Of a DNA stretch of 64,000 nt, positions 10,127 through 22,615 are shown piece by piece. The translations under genes and the position numbers were made by a program. Each line of letters opens with the position of its first letter. The first letter of the stretch is position 1. The stretch is from an uncultured Sangeribacter sp. (GTDB taxonomy: Bacteria; Bacteroidota; Bacteroidia; Bacteroidales; Muribaculaceae): contig CAZTSQ010000002.1 of NCBI GenBank assembly GCA_964615915.1, positions 25,119 to 89,118 on the forward strand. The letters are read 5' to 3'. The notes beneath the pieces are model-generated. The model was not told where the DNA came from, made no database searches, and saw only the letters and a list, made by a program, of their open reading frames with translations.

Positions 10127-10717
10127 TTAGAAACATTCCGCATATCTACGGTCTACCTCTTTCCAGTCGAGAATATCCCAGAAGCGTTTGAGATACTCCG
10201 CGCGACGGTTTTGGTAGTCGAGATAGTAGGCGTGTTCCCACACATCGGCGACCATAATGGGGGTAAGACCATCGGTCATCGGGTTACCGGCGTTTCCTGT
10301 GGTGGTAATCACGAGTTTGCCGTTGGCGTCTACACAAAGCCATACCCATCCGGATCCGAACACCGCTGTTCCTTCGCTTTCAAACTTCTTTTTGAACTCG
10401 TCGAAATCACCGAACTCATCGCTGATGCCTTCCATCAGTTCCACGCTCGGAAGCTTTTTCGGCTGGGGTGAGAACTGGAAGAAATAGAAGAGGTGATTCC
10501 ACGTCTGGGCCGCGTTGTTGAAGAGCGGTCCGGCAGGGGCAGTCCGAATTATTTCCTCGAGAGGCATCTCGGAGTATTCCGTATCCTTTATCAGACGGTT
10601 CAGATTGTCGATATAAGTACGGGTGTGAACTCCGTAATGGAAGGAAACGGTCCGTGCGGATATCGCGGGTTCGAGCTGATCGTCGAAGTAGGGAAGCCGC
10701 GGAAGTGTGTATGTCAT
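10127..10717 (-). CDS. sodB: Fe/Mn superoxide dismutase
   Basis: FHYGVH, AAQTWNH (Fe-type AAQ), FGSGWVWL, DVWEHAYY. Confidence 0.95.
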   Translation of the reverse strand: MTYTLPRLPYFDDQLEPAISARTVSFHYGVHTRTYIDNLNRLIKDTEYSEMPLEEIIRTAPAGPLFNNAAQTWNHLFYFFQFSPQPKKLPSVELMEGISDEFGDFDEFKKKFESEGTAVFGSGWVWLCVDANGKLVITTTGNAGNPMTDGLTPIMVADVWEHAYYLDYQNRRAEYLKRFWDILDWKEVDRRYAECF

Positions 10718-10788
10718 AGTCGTTATTTTTTAGTGTGGAAGATTTTAAGGTACTCAGACAAATATGTGTTATGTCTCTCTTAAACTAT

Positions 10789-10813
10789 TAACAAAAAAAT
10801 AACGTCTAAGTTT
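10789..10813 (-). promoter_or_regulatory. Putative ECF-sigma promoter of sodB-rsfS-ftsH
   Basis: Minus strand reads AAAC-N16-TGTTA(ATAG). Confidence 0.55.
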
Positions 10814-10927
10814 TACCAAATTCCCTAATATTAGTTAATTCGGCCTCCCCTTGAGAGCTATGTAGAGACTATCGAAAAAATAGTCAGGACCGGGGATGTG
10901 AAGGGGCTCACCGTGAAGCTGACGCTT

Positions 10928-13851
<2,924 letters not shown>

Positions 13852-13880
13852 TTAGGTGTGAACGGTTGAGGGTAACCGTA

Positions 13881-14663
13881 TTAAGAATTGAGGAATGAGG
13901 TGAGTGGTGAAGAAGCCTGGGCGGAATGGGAGACAATCCCGAGTCCGGCATTGAATGCCTCCCGACCCGCAATGACTGCCCGGCGGAATGCATCCGCCAT
14001 CATCACCGGATCGTCGGCCACGGCGATCGCCGTGTTGACCAAAACGGCGTCGGCTCCCATCTCCATAGCTTCGGCCGCGTGTGACGGAGCACCGAGACCG
14101 GCATCGATTACAACCGGTACATTCGATTGCGATATTATGATTTCGATCATATCCCGACAGATGATGCCCTTGTTTGTACCGATAGGGGCAGCGAGCGGCA
14201 TCACCGCAGCGGCTCCGACTTCTTCGAGGCGTTTGCACAGGACAGGATCCGCCTGTACATAGGGAAGGACCTCAAATCCATCTTTAGCCAGCTCTTCACA
14301 TGCCTTCAAGGTCTCGATTGGATCCGGAAGCAGATATTTGGGGTCGGGGTGGATCTCGAGTTTAATGAAGTCAGTGTGGAAAATCTCACGGCTCATCTGG
14401 GCTGCGAGAACTGCCTCTCGCGCGTCGCGTACACCAGAGGTGTTGGGAAGAAACTGCACGTGATCGCGGTTGATGTGGGTGAGCATATCGTCCGTGGCCT
14501 CGTTGAGGAGGTTGATACGCTTCATGGCCACAGTGATCATTTCAGACTTCGAGGCGAGCACCGCTTCGAGCATGATTTCCGGAGATGAGAATTTTCCGGT
14601 ACCCACGAAGAGGCGTGAGCCGAACTCACGCCCTCCGATGGTCAGTTTATCGTTTGTAATCAT
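13881..14663 (-). CDS. thiG: Thiazole synthase ThiG
   Basis: [40 protein letters not shown]. Confidence 0.97.
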   Translation of the reverse strand: MITNDKLTIGGREFGSRLFVGTGKFSSPEIMLEAVLASKSEMITVAMKRINLLNEATDDMLTHINRDHVQFLPNTSGVRDAREAVLAAQMSREIFHTDFIKLEIHPDPKYLLPDPIETLKACEELAKDGFEVLPYVQADPVLCKRLEEVGAAAVMPLAAPIGTNKGIICRDMIEIIISQSNVPVVIDAGLGAPSHAAEAMEMGADAVLVNTAIAVADDPVMMADAFRRAVIAGREAFNAGLGIVSHSAQASSPLTSFLNS

Positions 14664-15313
14664 TTATCGTTCAGCTTTTCAAGCTCTTTCTTCTCGTAGA
14701 CAGCGAGGAGGTCGACGAATCGACGGGTCTCCTCGCGTATATCTTTGGCAAAGGCTATTGCGCCGCTGACTGCCACGCCGTTGACACCGGCATCCATCAA
14801 TTCAGCAACGTCGTCATACTTCACGTCGCCGACGGCAACCTTCGGAATCAGTATCTCCTCTTCCTGCATCCTGTCGCAGATCGCCTTTATGCCGTCGCGG
14901 CCGAGGATAGGGGCGAGCTTTTTCTTTGTCTCAGTGTACCGGAAGGGTCCGATGCCAATATAATCGACATCGAGCGATCTAACGGCCTGCACATCCTCGA
15001 AAGTGTTGGCCGTGACACCGATTACAGCTGCCGCTCCGAGAATAACTCTGGCTTGAGAGGGAAGCATATCCTCGCGACCAAGATGCACGCCCCCGACATT
15101 GAGAGTCTTGGCGAGCTCAACGCGGTCATTGAGAATAAGGAAGGACTCGGTTTCGAGACACATCGGCATGATTTCGTCGATTACCTTCTTAATTTCTTCA
15201 TCAGACGCATCTTTCATCCGCACCTGAATCCAGCGGCCACCGCCGTCGAGGACAGCCTTGACCTGATCTTTGATAGGAACACCACAATCGGTGTTTGTTA
15301 TGTATTGTAACAT
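14660..15313 (-). CDS. thiE: Thiamine-phosphate synthase ThiE
   Basis: [35 protein letters not shown]. Confidence 0.92.
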   Translation of the reverse strand: MLQYITNTDCGVPIKDQVKAVLDGGGRWIQVRMKDASDEEIKKVIDEIMPMCLETESFLILNDRVELAKTLNVGGVHLGREDMLPSQARVILGAAAVIGVTANTFEDVQAVRSLDVDYIGIGPFRYTETKKKLAPILGRDGIKAICDRMQEEEILIPKVAVGDVKYDDVAELMDAGVNGVAVSGAIAFAKDIREETRRFVDLLAVYEKKELEKLNDK

Positions 15314-15318
15314 AGTTT

Positions 15319-15906
15319 CTAAGATTTCAGTTTTATATTAAAACTCTCTGAAACTGACTGAGGTTCATTTTCGAGACATTTCCAAACGTATCCCAGCATC
15401 GCCGCTCCGGCAAAACCGAGACTTCTGAGGTTTTCGAAATGTTTCGGAGTCACTCCTCCGAGGGCTATCGTGTTCGGGGGCAAATCAGACAGATCTTCTG
15501 GGTTGAAGGCGCTGACGTAGCCCTCCTTCGAAATTGAATCGTAGATAGGAGAGAGAGTTTGGTAGGCTATTCTTGGATCTCCCGATGCGTCGGTTGCCTC
15601 CTCGACAGAATGACAGCTCTTTGAGACAACAACCGACCCGGCTGGAGCTAACCCGTGTCTACTGTTGAGTTGAAAACCGACCCGATAGCCTCTTTCCGAG
15701 ATTAACTCCGGCGTTTGATGAAGGGTAATTTTTTCGTGGTAATCAGGTCCTATCTCATCGAGAAGACTGCTGACTTGTTCTGCAGTCCACTCAGGTTTGC
15801 GGATATGGACACGGTCAAATCCGGCATCGAGAAGATGCCGGATCTTGTTCGCATCATCCGGGACGTAGTCCGGAAGTGTGATTGCTATGAGCTTGAAGTC
15901 TTTCAC
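15319..15906 (-). CDS. ThiE-like/TenI-like TIM-barrel protein (second thiE paralog)
   Basis: HIRKP, SKSCHS, LSPIYDSISK, ALGGV; located in the thi cluster. Confidence 0.82.
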   Translation of the reverse strand: MKDFKLIAITLPDYVPDDANKIRHLLDAGFDRVHIRKPEWTAEQVSSLLDEIGPDYHEKITLHQTPELISERGYRVGFQLNSRHGLAPAGSVVVSKSCHSVEEATDASGDPRIAYQTLSPIYDSISKEGYVSAFNPEDLSDLPPNTIALGGVTPKHFENLRSLGFAGAAMLGYVWKCLENEPQSVSESFNIKLKS

Positions 15907-15914
15907 TGCTAAAA

Positions 15915-16118
15915 TCAGCCGCCGAAGGCTGCGGTGATGACAACAATATCATCCATCGGCTTGAGGGTTGTGTGGTCCCACTTTTCGCGACTGATGAGCT
16001 TGTTGTTGACGGCTACAGCCATTCCGCGGAGGGTTCTGTAGTTTGCTGAGAGGAGTTGAGAGAGAGAGATGGGTTCGAAAGGAGTATCGACTGCCTGATT
16101 ATTGAGGAGAAGTGTCAT
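15915..16118 (-). CDS. thiS: Sulfur carrier protein ThiS
   Basis: 67 aa, AVAVNN, C-terminal GG. Confidence 0.93.
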   Translation of the reverse strand: MTLLLNNQAVDTPFEPISLSQLLSANYRTLRGMAVAVNNKLISREKWDHTTLKPMDDIVVITAAFGG

Positions 16119-16160
16119 GATGAAAAGTTTTAAGGTTAGAAATAGGTAAGTATGAGTAGT

Positions 16161-16982
16161 TTACGGTTCGACGAAGAAGTCGAGCGGTCCGGTCCCGCGT
16201 CCGAGATGCAACTTGCGTCCCGACTCAAGAGCCTTTGAGATGAATCGCTTGGCGCGCTCCACAGCTTCGGGCAACGAGAGTCCTTCAGCCAGTCCGCACG
16301 CTATCGCTGTTGAAAGAGTGCAACCTGTTCCGTGAGAGTTCCGTGTGTCTATTCTGGGAGCCGTGAATTCTTCGGCTTTGATACCGTCTGGAGTTTTCAT
16401 CAGCAGATAGTCTCGACATTCTTCCTTGACACCGTGACCACCCTTAACCAAGACTGCCTTGGCTCCCGTCGTTCCGAGCAGACGCACCGCCATTAGGCCA
16501 GGGTCTTCGAATTCTTCGGCAATCCCGAGAAGAGAGACTGCTTCGGGAATATTTGGAGTTATGAGATCGGCAAGGGGAAAGAGGTCTGAGAAGAATGCTT
16601 CAATGGTCGAAGAACCTTCGCCACTGAGCGAAGAACCGGACGATGCTAACAGAACCGGATCAACGACTATATTCTTGAGGTCAAACTCTTTGATTGCCGA
16701 TGCAATCACCCGAACAGCCTCAGCGTCTCCGACCATTCCGATCTTGACAGCGTCGGGTCTACTGTCAGTGACGACAGATTCGATCTGCTTCCGGATCATT
16801 TCCGGAGTGATTTGCTGAATCCCTTGCACTCCGACGGTATTCTGGGCTGTCACGGCAGTCAGCGCAGTCATTCCGTAGACGCGGAAGGCACAGCAAGTCT
16901 TGAGGTCTGCCTGTATTCCTGCGCCACCGATAGAGTCGCTTCCCGCTATCGACAAGACGGTTCTTATATTGTTATTAGTCAT
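16161..16982 (-). CDS. thiD: Hydroxymethylpyrimidine/phosphomethylpyrimidine kinase ThiD
   Basis: IAGSDSIGGAGIQADLK, TAQNT, VKIGM, TPNIPEA, HGTGCTLS. Confidence 0.97.
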   Translation of the reverse strand: MTNNNIRTVLSIAGSDSIGGAGIQADLKTCCAFRVYGMTALTAVTAQNTVGVQGIQQITPEMIRKQIESVVTDSRPDAVKIGMVGDAEAVRVIASAIKEFDLKNIVVDPVLLASSGSSLSGEGSSTIEAFFSDLFPLADLITPNIPEAVSLLGIAEEFEDPGLMAVRLLGTTGAKAVLVKGGHGVKEECRDYLLMKTPDGIKAEEFTAPRIDTRNSHGTGCTLSTAIACGLAEGLSLPEAVERAKRFISKALESGRKLHLGRGTGPLDFFVEP

Positions 16983-17022
16983 TTTTTTCTATTGTCCTGT
17001 TTTTCAACGTGGTGTGACTCTT

Positions 17023-17769
17023 TTAGTCTCGAGCAACCCCCATCCCCTTGTTCTCTTCGGGAAGTGCCGACTCTATAGACTCACGACACTCTGCCATCAA
17101 CTGTTTGGTATTGAAACCGCGCTCACCGGGATAAATCGGCTTGTGGATGGTCAGCTTGATGGTGCAGGGAGTGACATTGTAAGTTGTTCGCGGCATAGCC
17201 TTGAACGATCCGTCGATAGTGATCGGAACCACCGGCAGTTTGAATTCACCGGCCAGCATGAAGGCCCCACGCTTGAAGGGTATCATTTTGCCGTCCCATG
17301 TTCTACTGCCTTCGGGGAAGATTACGAGCGACATTCCATCTTTGAGTTTGTCTTCAGATTCTGTGATTGTCTCTCTGATGGAGCTGAGTTTGGAGTCGTC
17401 GACAAAGACATGGCCCGAAATTTTGCAGGCGTATCCGACAAGGAAAATCTTTTCCAGTTCCTTTTTCATCAGCCACTTGAAGGTGTGGTTAAGATAGCCG
17501 AAGATTGCCCAGATGTCGAATGCCCCCTGATGGTTGGCGACGAAAACGTAGCTGGTGTTCTTGTTGATATTCTCGCGGCCGTGAACTTCCACGCGAACGA
17601 ACCAAAGCACGCAGACACAGCGCGACCAATAATGGGCCGGCCAATATCCGAAGATCTTTGATCCTCCGAGAGCACAACCTATGATGGTTATCAAGGCTGT
17701 AAGAATCGTCAGTACGAGAAGAATCGGACCGGCGATGATATATTGATAGAATCTGAAAAGCAGTTTCAT
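17023..17769 (-). CDS. plsC: 1-acyl-sn-glycerol-3-phosphate acyltransferase
   Basis: NHQGAFD (HX4D), FPEGSRT, FKRGAF, PVVP. Confidence 0.9.
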   Translation of the reverse strand: MKLLFRFYQYIIAGPILLVLTILTALITIIGCALGGSKIFGYWPAHYWSRCVCVLWFVRVEVHGRENINKNTSYVFVANHQGAFDIWAIFGYLNHTFKWLMKKELEKIFLVGYACKISGHVFVDDSKLSSIRETITESEDKLKDGMSLVIFPEGSRTWDGKMIPFKRGAFMLAGEFKLPVVPITIDGSFKAMPRTTYNVTPCTIKLTIHKPIYPGERGFNTKQLMAECRESIESALPEENKGMGVARD

Positions 17770-17803
17770 TCGAGGCTCAGAGTTTTGTTTTTCTGATTAA
17801 CGG

Positions 17804-17811
17804 CAAAAATA
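17804..17811 (-). promoter_or_regulatory. -7 promoter box upstream of the plsC-thi cluster
   Basis: Minus strand TATTTTTG, about 35 nt before the plsC ATG. Confidence 0.65.
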
Positions 17812-17853
17812 CAAAAAATCTGCCGAACAGACAACAGATTGGTTAAAAAACGT

Positions 17854-17892
17854 AAAAACAGGACACCGTGTCACATAACCGGGTGTCCTGTT
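17854..17892 (-). terminator. Intrinsic terminator after rprY
   Basis: AACAGGACACC...GGTGTCCTGTT stem followed by a T-run on the minus strand. Confidence 0.75.
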
Positions 17893-17924
17893 CACATATG
17901 TTTTGATGCTGATCAAGAGGAGGT

Positions 17925-18623
17925 TTACGCTTCCGGAGCGATCAGCTTGTAGCCTTTGCCGTGAATGTTGATGATCTCCACATTCGGATCGGCCTTCAGG
18001 AGTTTACGAAGTTTTGTGATATAAACATCCATACTGCGTGCGTTGAAGTAGTTATCATCGATCCAGATTGTCTTCAGCGCGAAATTTCTTTCAAGGATGT
18101 CGTTGATGTGGTGAGCGAGCAGCGAAAGGAGTTCCGATTCTTTGGTTGTCAGCTTGGAGACGGTACCATCGTCGAGAGTGAGAGTCTGTTTCTGAGAGTC
18201 GAATACGAAGCGTCCAATCTGGTGAACCGTGGTGTCACGATCTTTCTTACCGCGAACACGACGAAGAATAGCGTTCACACGAAGCACCAGCTCCTCCATC
18301 GAGAAGGGTTTCGTCAGATAGTCGTCTGCTCCGATCTTGAATCCTTCCAAAACATCTTCCTTCAGGTTCTTGGCGGTCAGGAAAATAATTGGCACCTCGC
18401 TGTTCATCGCCTTGATCTCCTGTGCGAGTGTAAACCCATCTTTCTTAGGCATCATCACGTCGAGAATACAAAGGTCATATTGGCCTTTCACAAAGGCGCG
18501 ATATCCTTGCTCCCCATCTGTACAAAGCTCGGGATTATATCCCTTTGCCTGCAGATACTCACGAAGCAACATGCCCAGGTTCTCGTCATCCTCGCAAAGA
18601 AGTATTTTAAGTTTATCTTCCAT
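17925..18623 (-). CDS. rprY: OmpR-family response regulator RprY
   Basis: LCEDD, ILDVMMP, LTKPF and the RprY-typical WIDDNYFNARSMDVYITKLRK...NIHGKGYKL. Confidence 0.93.
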   Translation of the reverse strand: MEDKLKILLCEDDENLGMLLREYLQAKGYNPELCTDGEQGYRAFVKGQYDLCILDVMMPKKDGFTLAQEIKAMNSEVPIIFLTAKNLKEDVLEGFKIGADDYLTKPFSMEELVLRVNAILRRVRGKKDRDTTVHQIGRFVFDSQKQTLTLDDGTVSKLTTKESELLSLLAHHINDILERNFALKTIWIDDNYFNARSMDVYITKLRKLLKADPNVEIINIHGKGYKLIAPEA

Positions 18624-18843
18624 AGTTTTATTTTTGACAAAGTATTGGCTACTGTGTTTTTGTGTCTCTGATGAGGACGGCGTATCTTGATCCTACGGAC
18701 CCTCATCTACTTATATAACACTCAAAATTTAACAATTCCTAATCGATTGTTAAATTATTTTGAAAATATTTTGCAACTATTTGTCAATCAGGAGGATAAG
18801 CTGAAAGATTTTTGTGTTGTGACATGAACCCATCCCGTAGTAT

Positions 18844-20331
18844 TTACTTCTCTTCGGCCAAGGGAAGGGTGATTATGAATACCGAACCGAGTCCGAGTTC
18901 ACTCTCGACGGAGATTGAGCCCCCGAAGAGAGTGACCATTTTTTTCACATATGCCAACCCGAGTCCGAAACCCTTGACGTCGTGGCGATTGCCGGTCGAG
19001 ACACGATAGAACCGTTCGAAAACGCGCTTCTGGTCGTCTTTCTTGATGCCGATGCCGTTGTCTTCGACCCTGATCTCAAGTCTGTTGTGGCCGAGGTCAC
19101 GGGTGGTGACGGTCAACACTGGCGGAACCTCTTCCCGTCGGTATTTAATGGCGTTGTCAAGGAGTGAAAAGATGACGTTGGTGAACTGCATCTCATCAAC
19201 CCGAACGAGCGCCTCGGGGGCTTCGAGTTTGCATGAGGTTGAACCGCCGAACTTTTCTGCCTTGATTTTGAATGTGTTGACCACGTTCTCAACGATCCGG
19301 TTCGCATCGACGACCGTGAAGTTGATGGCAGTCGACGAGTTCTCGAATACTGAAAGCTGAAGAACCTTATCGACCTGGAACCGGAGCCGCTTTGTTTCGT
19401 CGGTGATCACGTCGCTCAGGTGTTTGATAGTTGACTCAGACTTGTGTACAGAAGTATCACCCAACATCTGGGCCGCGAGAGAAATGGTGCTGATAGGAGT
19501 CTTCAGCTCGTGGGTCATGTTGTTGATGAAGTCACTCTTCATCTCACTCAGTTTCTTCTGGCGGAAGATCAAGATGATAGTCAGGAGGAAAACAACCAAC
19601 AGGACTATCGAAAGCGCTAAGGTCGGAATGATGAACTTGACCGAAGAGAAAATGTAGGTACTCTTCTGGGGGAACATCACCTTCAGTGAGTACTGATTAT
19701 CGGTATGGGCGAAGAGGGGAGAGGCGTAGGTCTCGAGATTTTTGCTCGTGTCGAACCCCTCGGTTGCATAGACGATCTCATCGTGCGGTCCCGTAACGGC
19801 AAATACGAATGGGGTCGTGACTCCGTTGGCTTCAAGTTCGGCGGTTAGGAAGTGGCGGATCGTGGTAGAGTCAGCCCGCTCGTTCACTGGGCGCAGCGAA
19901 GCATCCTGAAGGATGACCATAATCACCTCGTCAAGCAAACCGCGCTGGTAAAGATACTGGTTCCGTACTGCCTCCTGTAGATGGCGGTATGAACTGCTGA
20001 CCTTCTGCGGAGCCTGAGGATATGAAAGGGTGAAGCGTTTCTTTTTGCCCGGAGACTTCTCAATGGAGTATGTAGGCGCACCCGTCCCGAACTGAGCCGG
20101 CTCGTCGAAGAAGTGCGACTCGAGTACGTTGACATCCTCTTCAAGATAGTGGAGCGTCTCAGACTTCTCGAGAAATCCTGCAGTAGAGGAAATCGATCGC
20201 ATTACACCCTCCGAAAATTGAGACTCACGCATGCGAACCATGTTTTCCAGATACATGATCTGGAAATATAGGAGCGCCCCGAAAGTAATCGCCATGACTA
20301 TGGTCAGGAGCCAAATCAGTGATTTTTTCAT
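18844..20331 (-). CDS. rprX: Sensor histidine kinase RprX
   Basis: Two TM segments, H-box FINNMTHELKTP, N-box LLDNAIKY, G-boxes DNGIG and GFGLGL; directly upstream of rprY. Confidence 0.88.
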   Translation of the reverse strand: MKKSLIWLLTIVMAITFGALLYFQIMYLENMVRMRESQFSEGVMRSISSTAGFLEKSETLHYLEEDVNVLESHFFDEPAQFGTGAPTYSIEKSPGKKKRFTLSYPQAPQKVSSSYRHLQEAVRNQYLYQRGLLDEVIMVILQDASLRPVNERADSTTIRHFLTAELEANGVTTPFVFAVTGPHDEIVYATEGFDTSKNLETYASPLFAHTDNQYSLKVMFPQKSTYIFSSVKFIIPTLALSIVLLVVFLLTIILIFRQKKLSEMKSDFINNMTHELKTPISTISLAAQMLGDTSVHKSESTIKHLSDVITDETKRLRFQVDKVLQLSVFENSSTAINFTVVDANRIVENVVNTFKIKAEKFGGSTSCKLEAPEALVRVDEMQFTNVIFSLLDNAIKYRREEVPPVLTVTTRDLGHNRLEIRVEDNGIGIKKDDQKRVFERFYRVSTGNRHDVKGFGLGLAYVKKMVTLFGGSISVESELGLGSVFIITLPLAEEK

Positions 20332-20346
20332 GCTGTCTTATCGGGG

Positions 20347-21342
20347 TTACTCGGCTGGCTGAATCATATGGACATCCATCTGCGGGAAGGGGAAGGAGAA
20401 GCCGCGTTTCGGAAGCTCGGTGAAGAGGATCGCGTTCATTTCATAGAAGAGCGACCAGTAATCTTTTTTGTGACACCAGGCGCGAACCGTCAGGTTAATA
20501 GACGAATCAGCCATCTCGTTCAATCCGACAAAGGGAGGACAGTCGATTGATTGCGGCTCAACCTTCACACCGCGCAGACGGCTCTTTGATGACTCATCAT
20601 TTTTGGCCTGGAGGGCATCCTCCTTCACATATGAAGTCACAACGCGTGGATCTGCGAGAAGAATCTCCTTGATTGCCTTTTCGGCAGCCGCGTAGTCGGT
20701 GTCATACGACAGTGACACCTGCCAGTCAACCCGCCGGTAATCTTCACCTGTGTAATTATTGATGGATCCGGTCGATAGTTGGCCGTTGGGGATGAGGATT
20801 GTCTTGTTGTCGGGAGTGTTGAGAACCGTGTGGAAGATCTGGATAGCCTTGACGGTTCCCGCGTAAGTGCCCGTGTCGATATAGTCTCCCACACGATATG
20901 GCTTGAGCAACAGAATCAAGACTCCGCCGGCGAAGTTCTGGAGGGTACCGCTCAGTGCCATACCGACGGCGACACCGGCTGAGGCAAAGAGTGCGAGGAA
21001 GGACGATGTTTCGACTCCAAGAATTCCTACTATCGTGACGATCAGGATGAAGTAGAGGGTTATGTTGACCAGCGAGAGCACAAAGGTCTTCAGCGACATG
21101 TCCGTGTCGCGGGCTGTCATGATGGAATTCAACAGCCGGTATAGTCTGCGGATTACGAATCTACCGACATAGAAGACCAGTATCGCTATAAGCAACTTGA
21201 ACGTGAAGTCAACGATGCTGTTGGCTATCTTTGAGAGGGCATCGTCGAGGGTCAATCCTTTGAGGAGCGACCATGACTCACCTGATCCTTCGGGAATCGA
21301 AGGGAGATCGACAATATCATTTGAATTCTCGGATTGGAACAT
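20347..21342 (-). CDS. mscS: Small-conductance mechanosensitive channel MscS
   Basis: AGVAVGMALSGTLQNFAGG, PYRVGD, IPN, FPFPQMDVH. Confidence 0.93.
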   Translation of the reverse strand: MFQSENSNDIVDLPSIPEGSGESWSLLKGLTLDDALSKIANSIVDFTFKLLIAILVFYVGRFVIRRLYRLLNSIMTARDTDMSLKTFVLSLVNITLYFILIVTIVGILGVETSSFLALFASAGVAVGMALSGTLQNFAGGVLILLLKPYRVGDYIDTGTYAGTVKAIQIFHTVLNTPDNKTILIPNGQLSTGSINNYTGEDYRRVDWQVSLSYDTDYAAAEKAIKEILLADPRVVTSYVKEDALQAKNDESSKSRLRGVKVEPQSIDCPPFVGLNEMADSSINLTVRAWCHKKDYWSLFYEMNAILFTELPKRGFSFPFPQMDVHMIQPAE

Positions 21343-21354
21343 ATATTTCGTATA

Positions 21355-22596
21355 TTATTTCTTCAAATATTTGTTTACTTCCGCCCCCCAGCGGGTCTTG
21401 GCGTAAAAATTTTCGTAGTTTTCGTTTGAGGATCCCGGAATTCGGACGCTAAGACCGCAGTAAACATTCTGATCCCATGAATAACCGTTGAAATCACGGT
21501 CAGAGCACGATCCGTACTTCACCGTAGAAGTCAGGTCTGACTCGAGAGCCTCCATAATATCGACGATGGACCCATTGATTGGTTCGGCCATTTTTCTGTA
21601 CAGGTCCCTGAAATCGTAGAAAGGACCAAAAGAGGATCGACTGTACTTCTGGACCGGAGACAATGTCAAAATCTCCGGATTGGCATTGATCAGCTCCGCA
21701 AAATGTTTGGGCATCTCCCTGAAGGCTTCTGCAGTCAGATCATAGACCCCGATCGTATAACTGCTCCCTTTGTTTGAGAAGTATTCTGCAACTTTACGGG
21801 CGCCTCCGATGAGATCCGGCTTTTCCGAGGCAATAAAGGGCAAAACAAGATCGTAGGGGAGGCCCTCTGACCATACTTCAGAAGGGTAGGCGACCATCAT
21901 TGGGATTTTCGGAGAAATCTCATAAGCAACTTCGGCCGCTCCCATATAGCAACAGTCGAACCAAACGAAATCGAACATCCCATCCGGAATTGCAGAGGCG
22001 AGCTCGGTGATCTCACACTGGTCAGAGATAGTTACGGGTTTGCCCTCCGGTCCTTCGACAGAGATTTGATCCTGCCCGTATGACTTCATAATTGTCTTCG
22101 GAGCGGCAACTACATGATCCGGGAATGCCGGAGTCCAGCCGGTCGCGTGGCTCCACAAAACAAGCCCATAATTATCGGAAGGGAAGGTCGTGCGAACATC
22201 TGAAAAGACTTCTGACATTCTGCGCGGATCGGTCGAAAATGTCTCCCGGTCATATTTCTTGACGTCCCTCAGCTCCCATTTGTCCTTCTGCTTTTCAATC
22301 ACGCTGAGAGTAGCCTCTTCTGCTTTGGGAAGTACTGAGTAGACAACTATCCGTACATCCTTATTCATCCTCGCGACGCGCTGGGCACCGAGGAGGATCT
22401 CGTTTTGATCGTTCAGCCAGTCGGGATATAGATTGTTCGAGGCCACAGCGTAGATCAGCAGAGTCCGCTTGGTATGCTTGAACTTGGGATTCTCGATTGG
22501 ACTCGGTCCAGGTTCCGGACTCGGTTCCGGTTCGTGATTCACACACGATAGGAGAAATAACAGGGGTAATATAAGTAGATAAGCTATCTTTTTCAT
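21355..22596 (-). CDS. Clostripain-family (C11) cysteine peptidase lipoprotein
   Basis: Lipobox LLSC, Pro-rich linker, YAVASNNL, catalytic His in WSHATGW and Cys in FDCCYM. Confidence 0.88.
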   Translation of the reverse strand: MKKIAYLLILPLLFLLSCVNHEPEPSPEPGPSPIENPKFKHTKRTLLIYAVASNNLYPDWLNDQNEILLGAQRVARMNKDVRIVVYSVLPKAEEATLSVIEKQKDKWELRDVKKYDRETFSTDPRRMSEVFSDVRTTFPSDNYGLVLWSHATGWTPAFPDHVVAAPKTIMKSYGQDQISVEGPEGKPVTISDQCEITELASAIPDGMFDFVWFDCCYMGAAEVAYEISPKIPMMVAYPSEVWSEGLPYDLVLPFIASEKPDLIGGARKVAEYFSNKGSSYTIGVYDLTAEAFREMPKHFAELINANPEILTLSPVQKYSRSSFGPFYDFRDLYRKMAEPINGSIVDIMEALESDLTSTVKYGSCSDRDFNGYSWDQNVYCGLSVRIPGSSNENYENFYAKTRWGAEVNKYLKK

Positions 22597-22615
22597 TTAC
22601 AGAGAGTATTGTCTT

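Noticed and set aside
16983-17060. TPP riboswitch at the plsC-thiD junction (GGGGTTGC..GAGA)
   Set aside because: Lacks the CUGAGA, ACCUGA and GUAGG conserved elements and lies mostly within plsC coding sequence.
18668-18710. Hammerhead ribozyme core CTGATGAG
   Set aside because: No GAAA follows a stem II; the motif is simply one arm of a hairpin.
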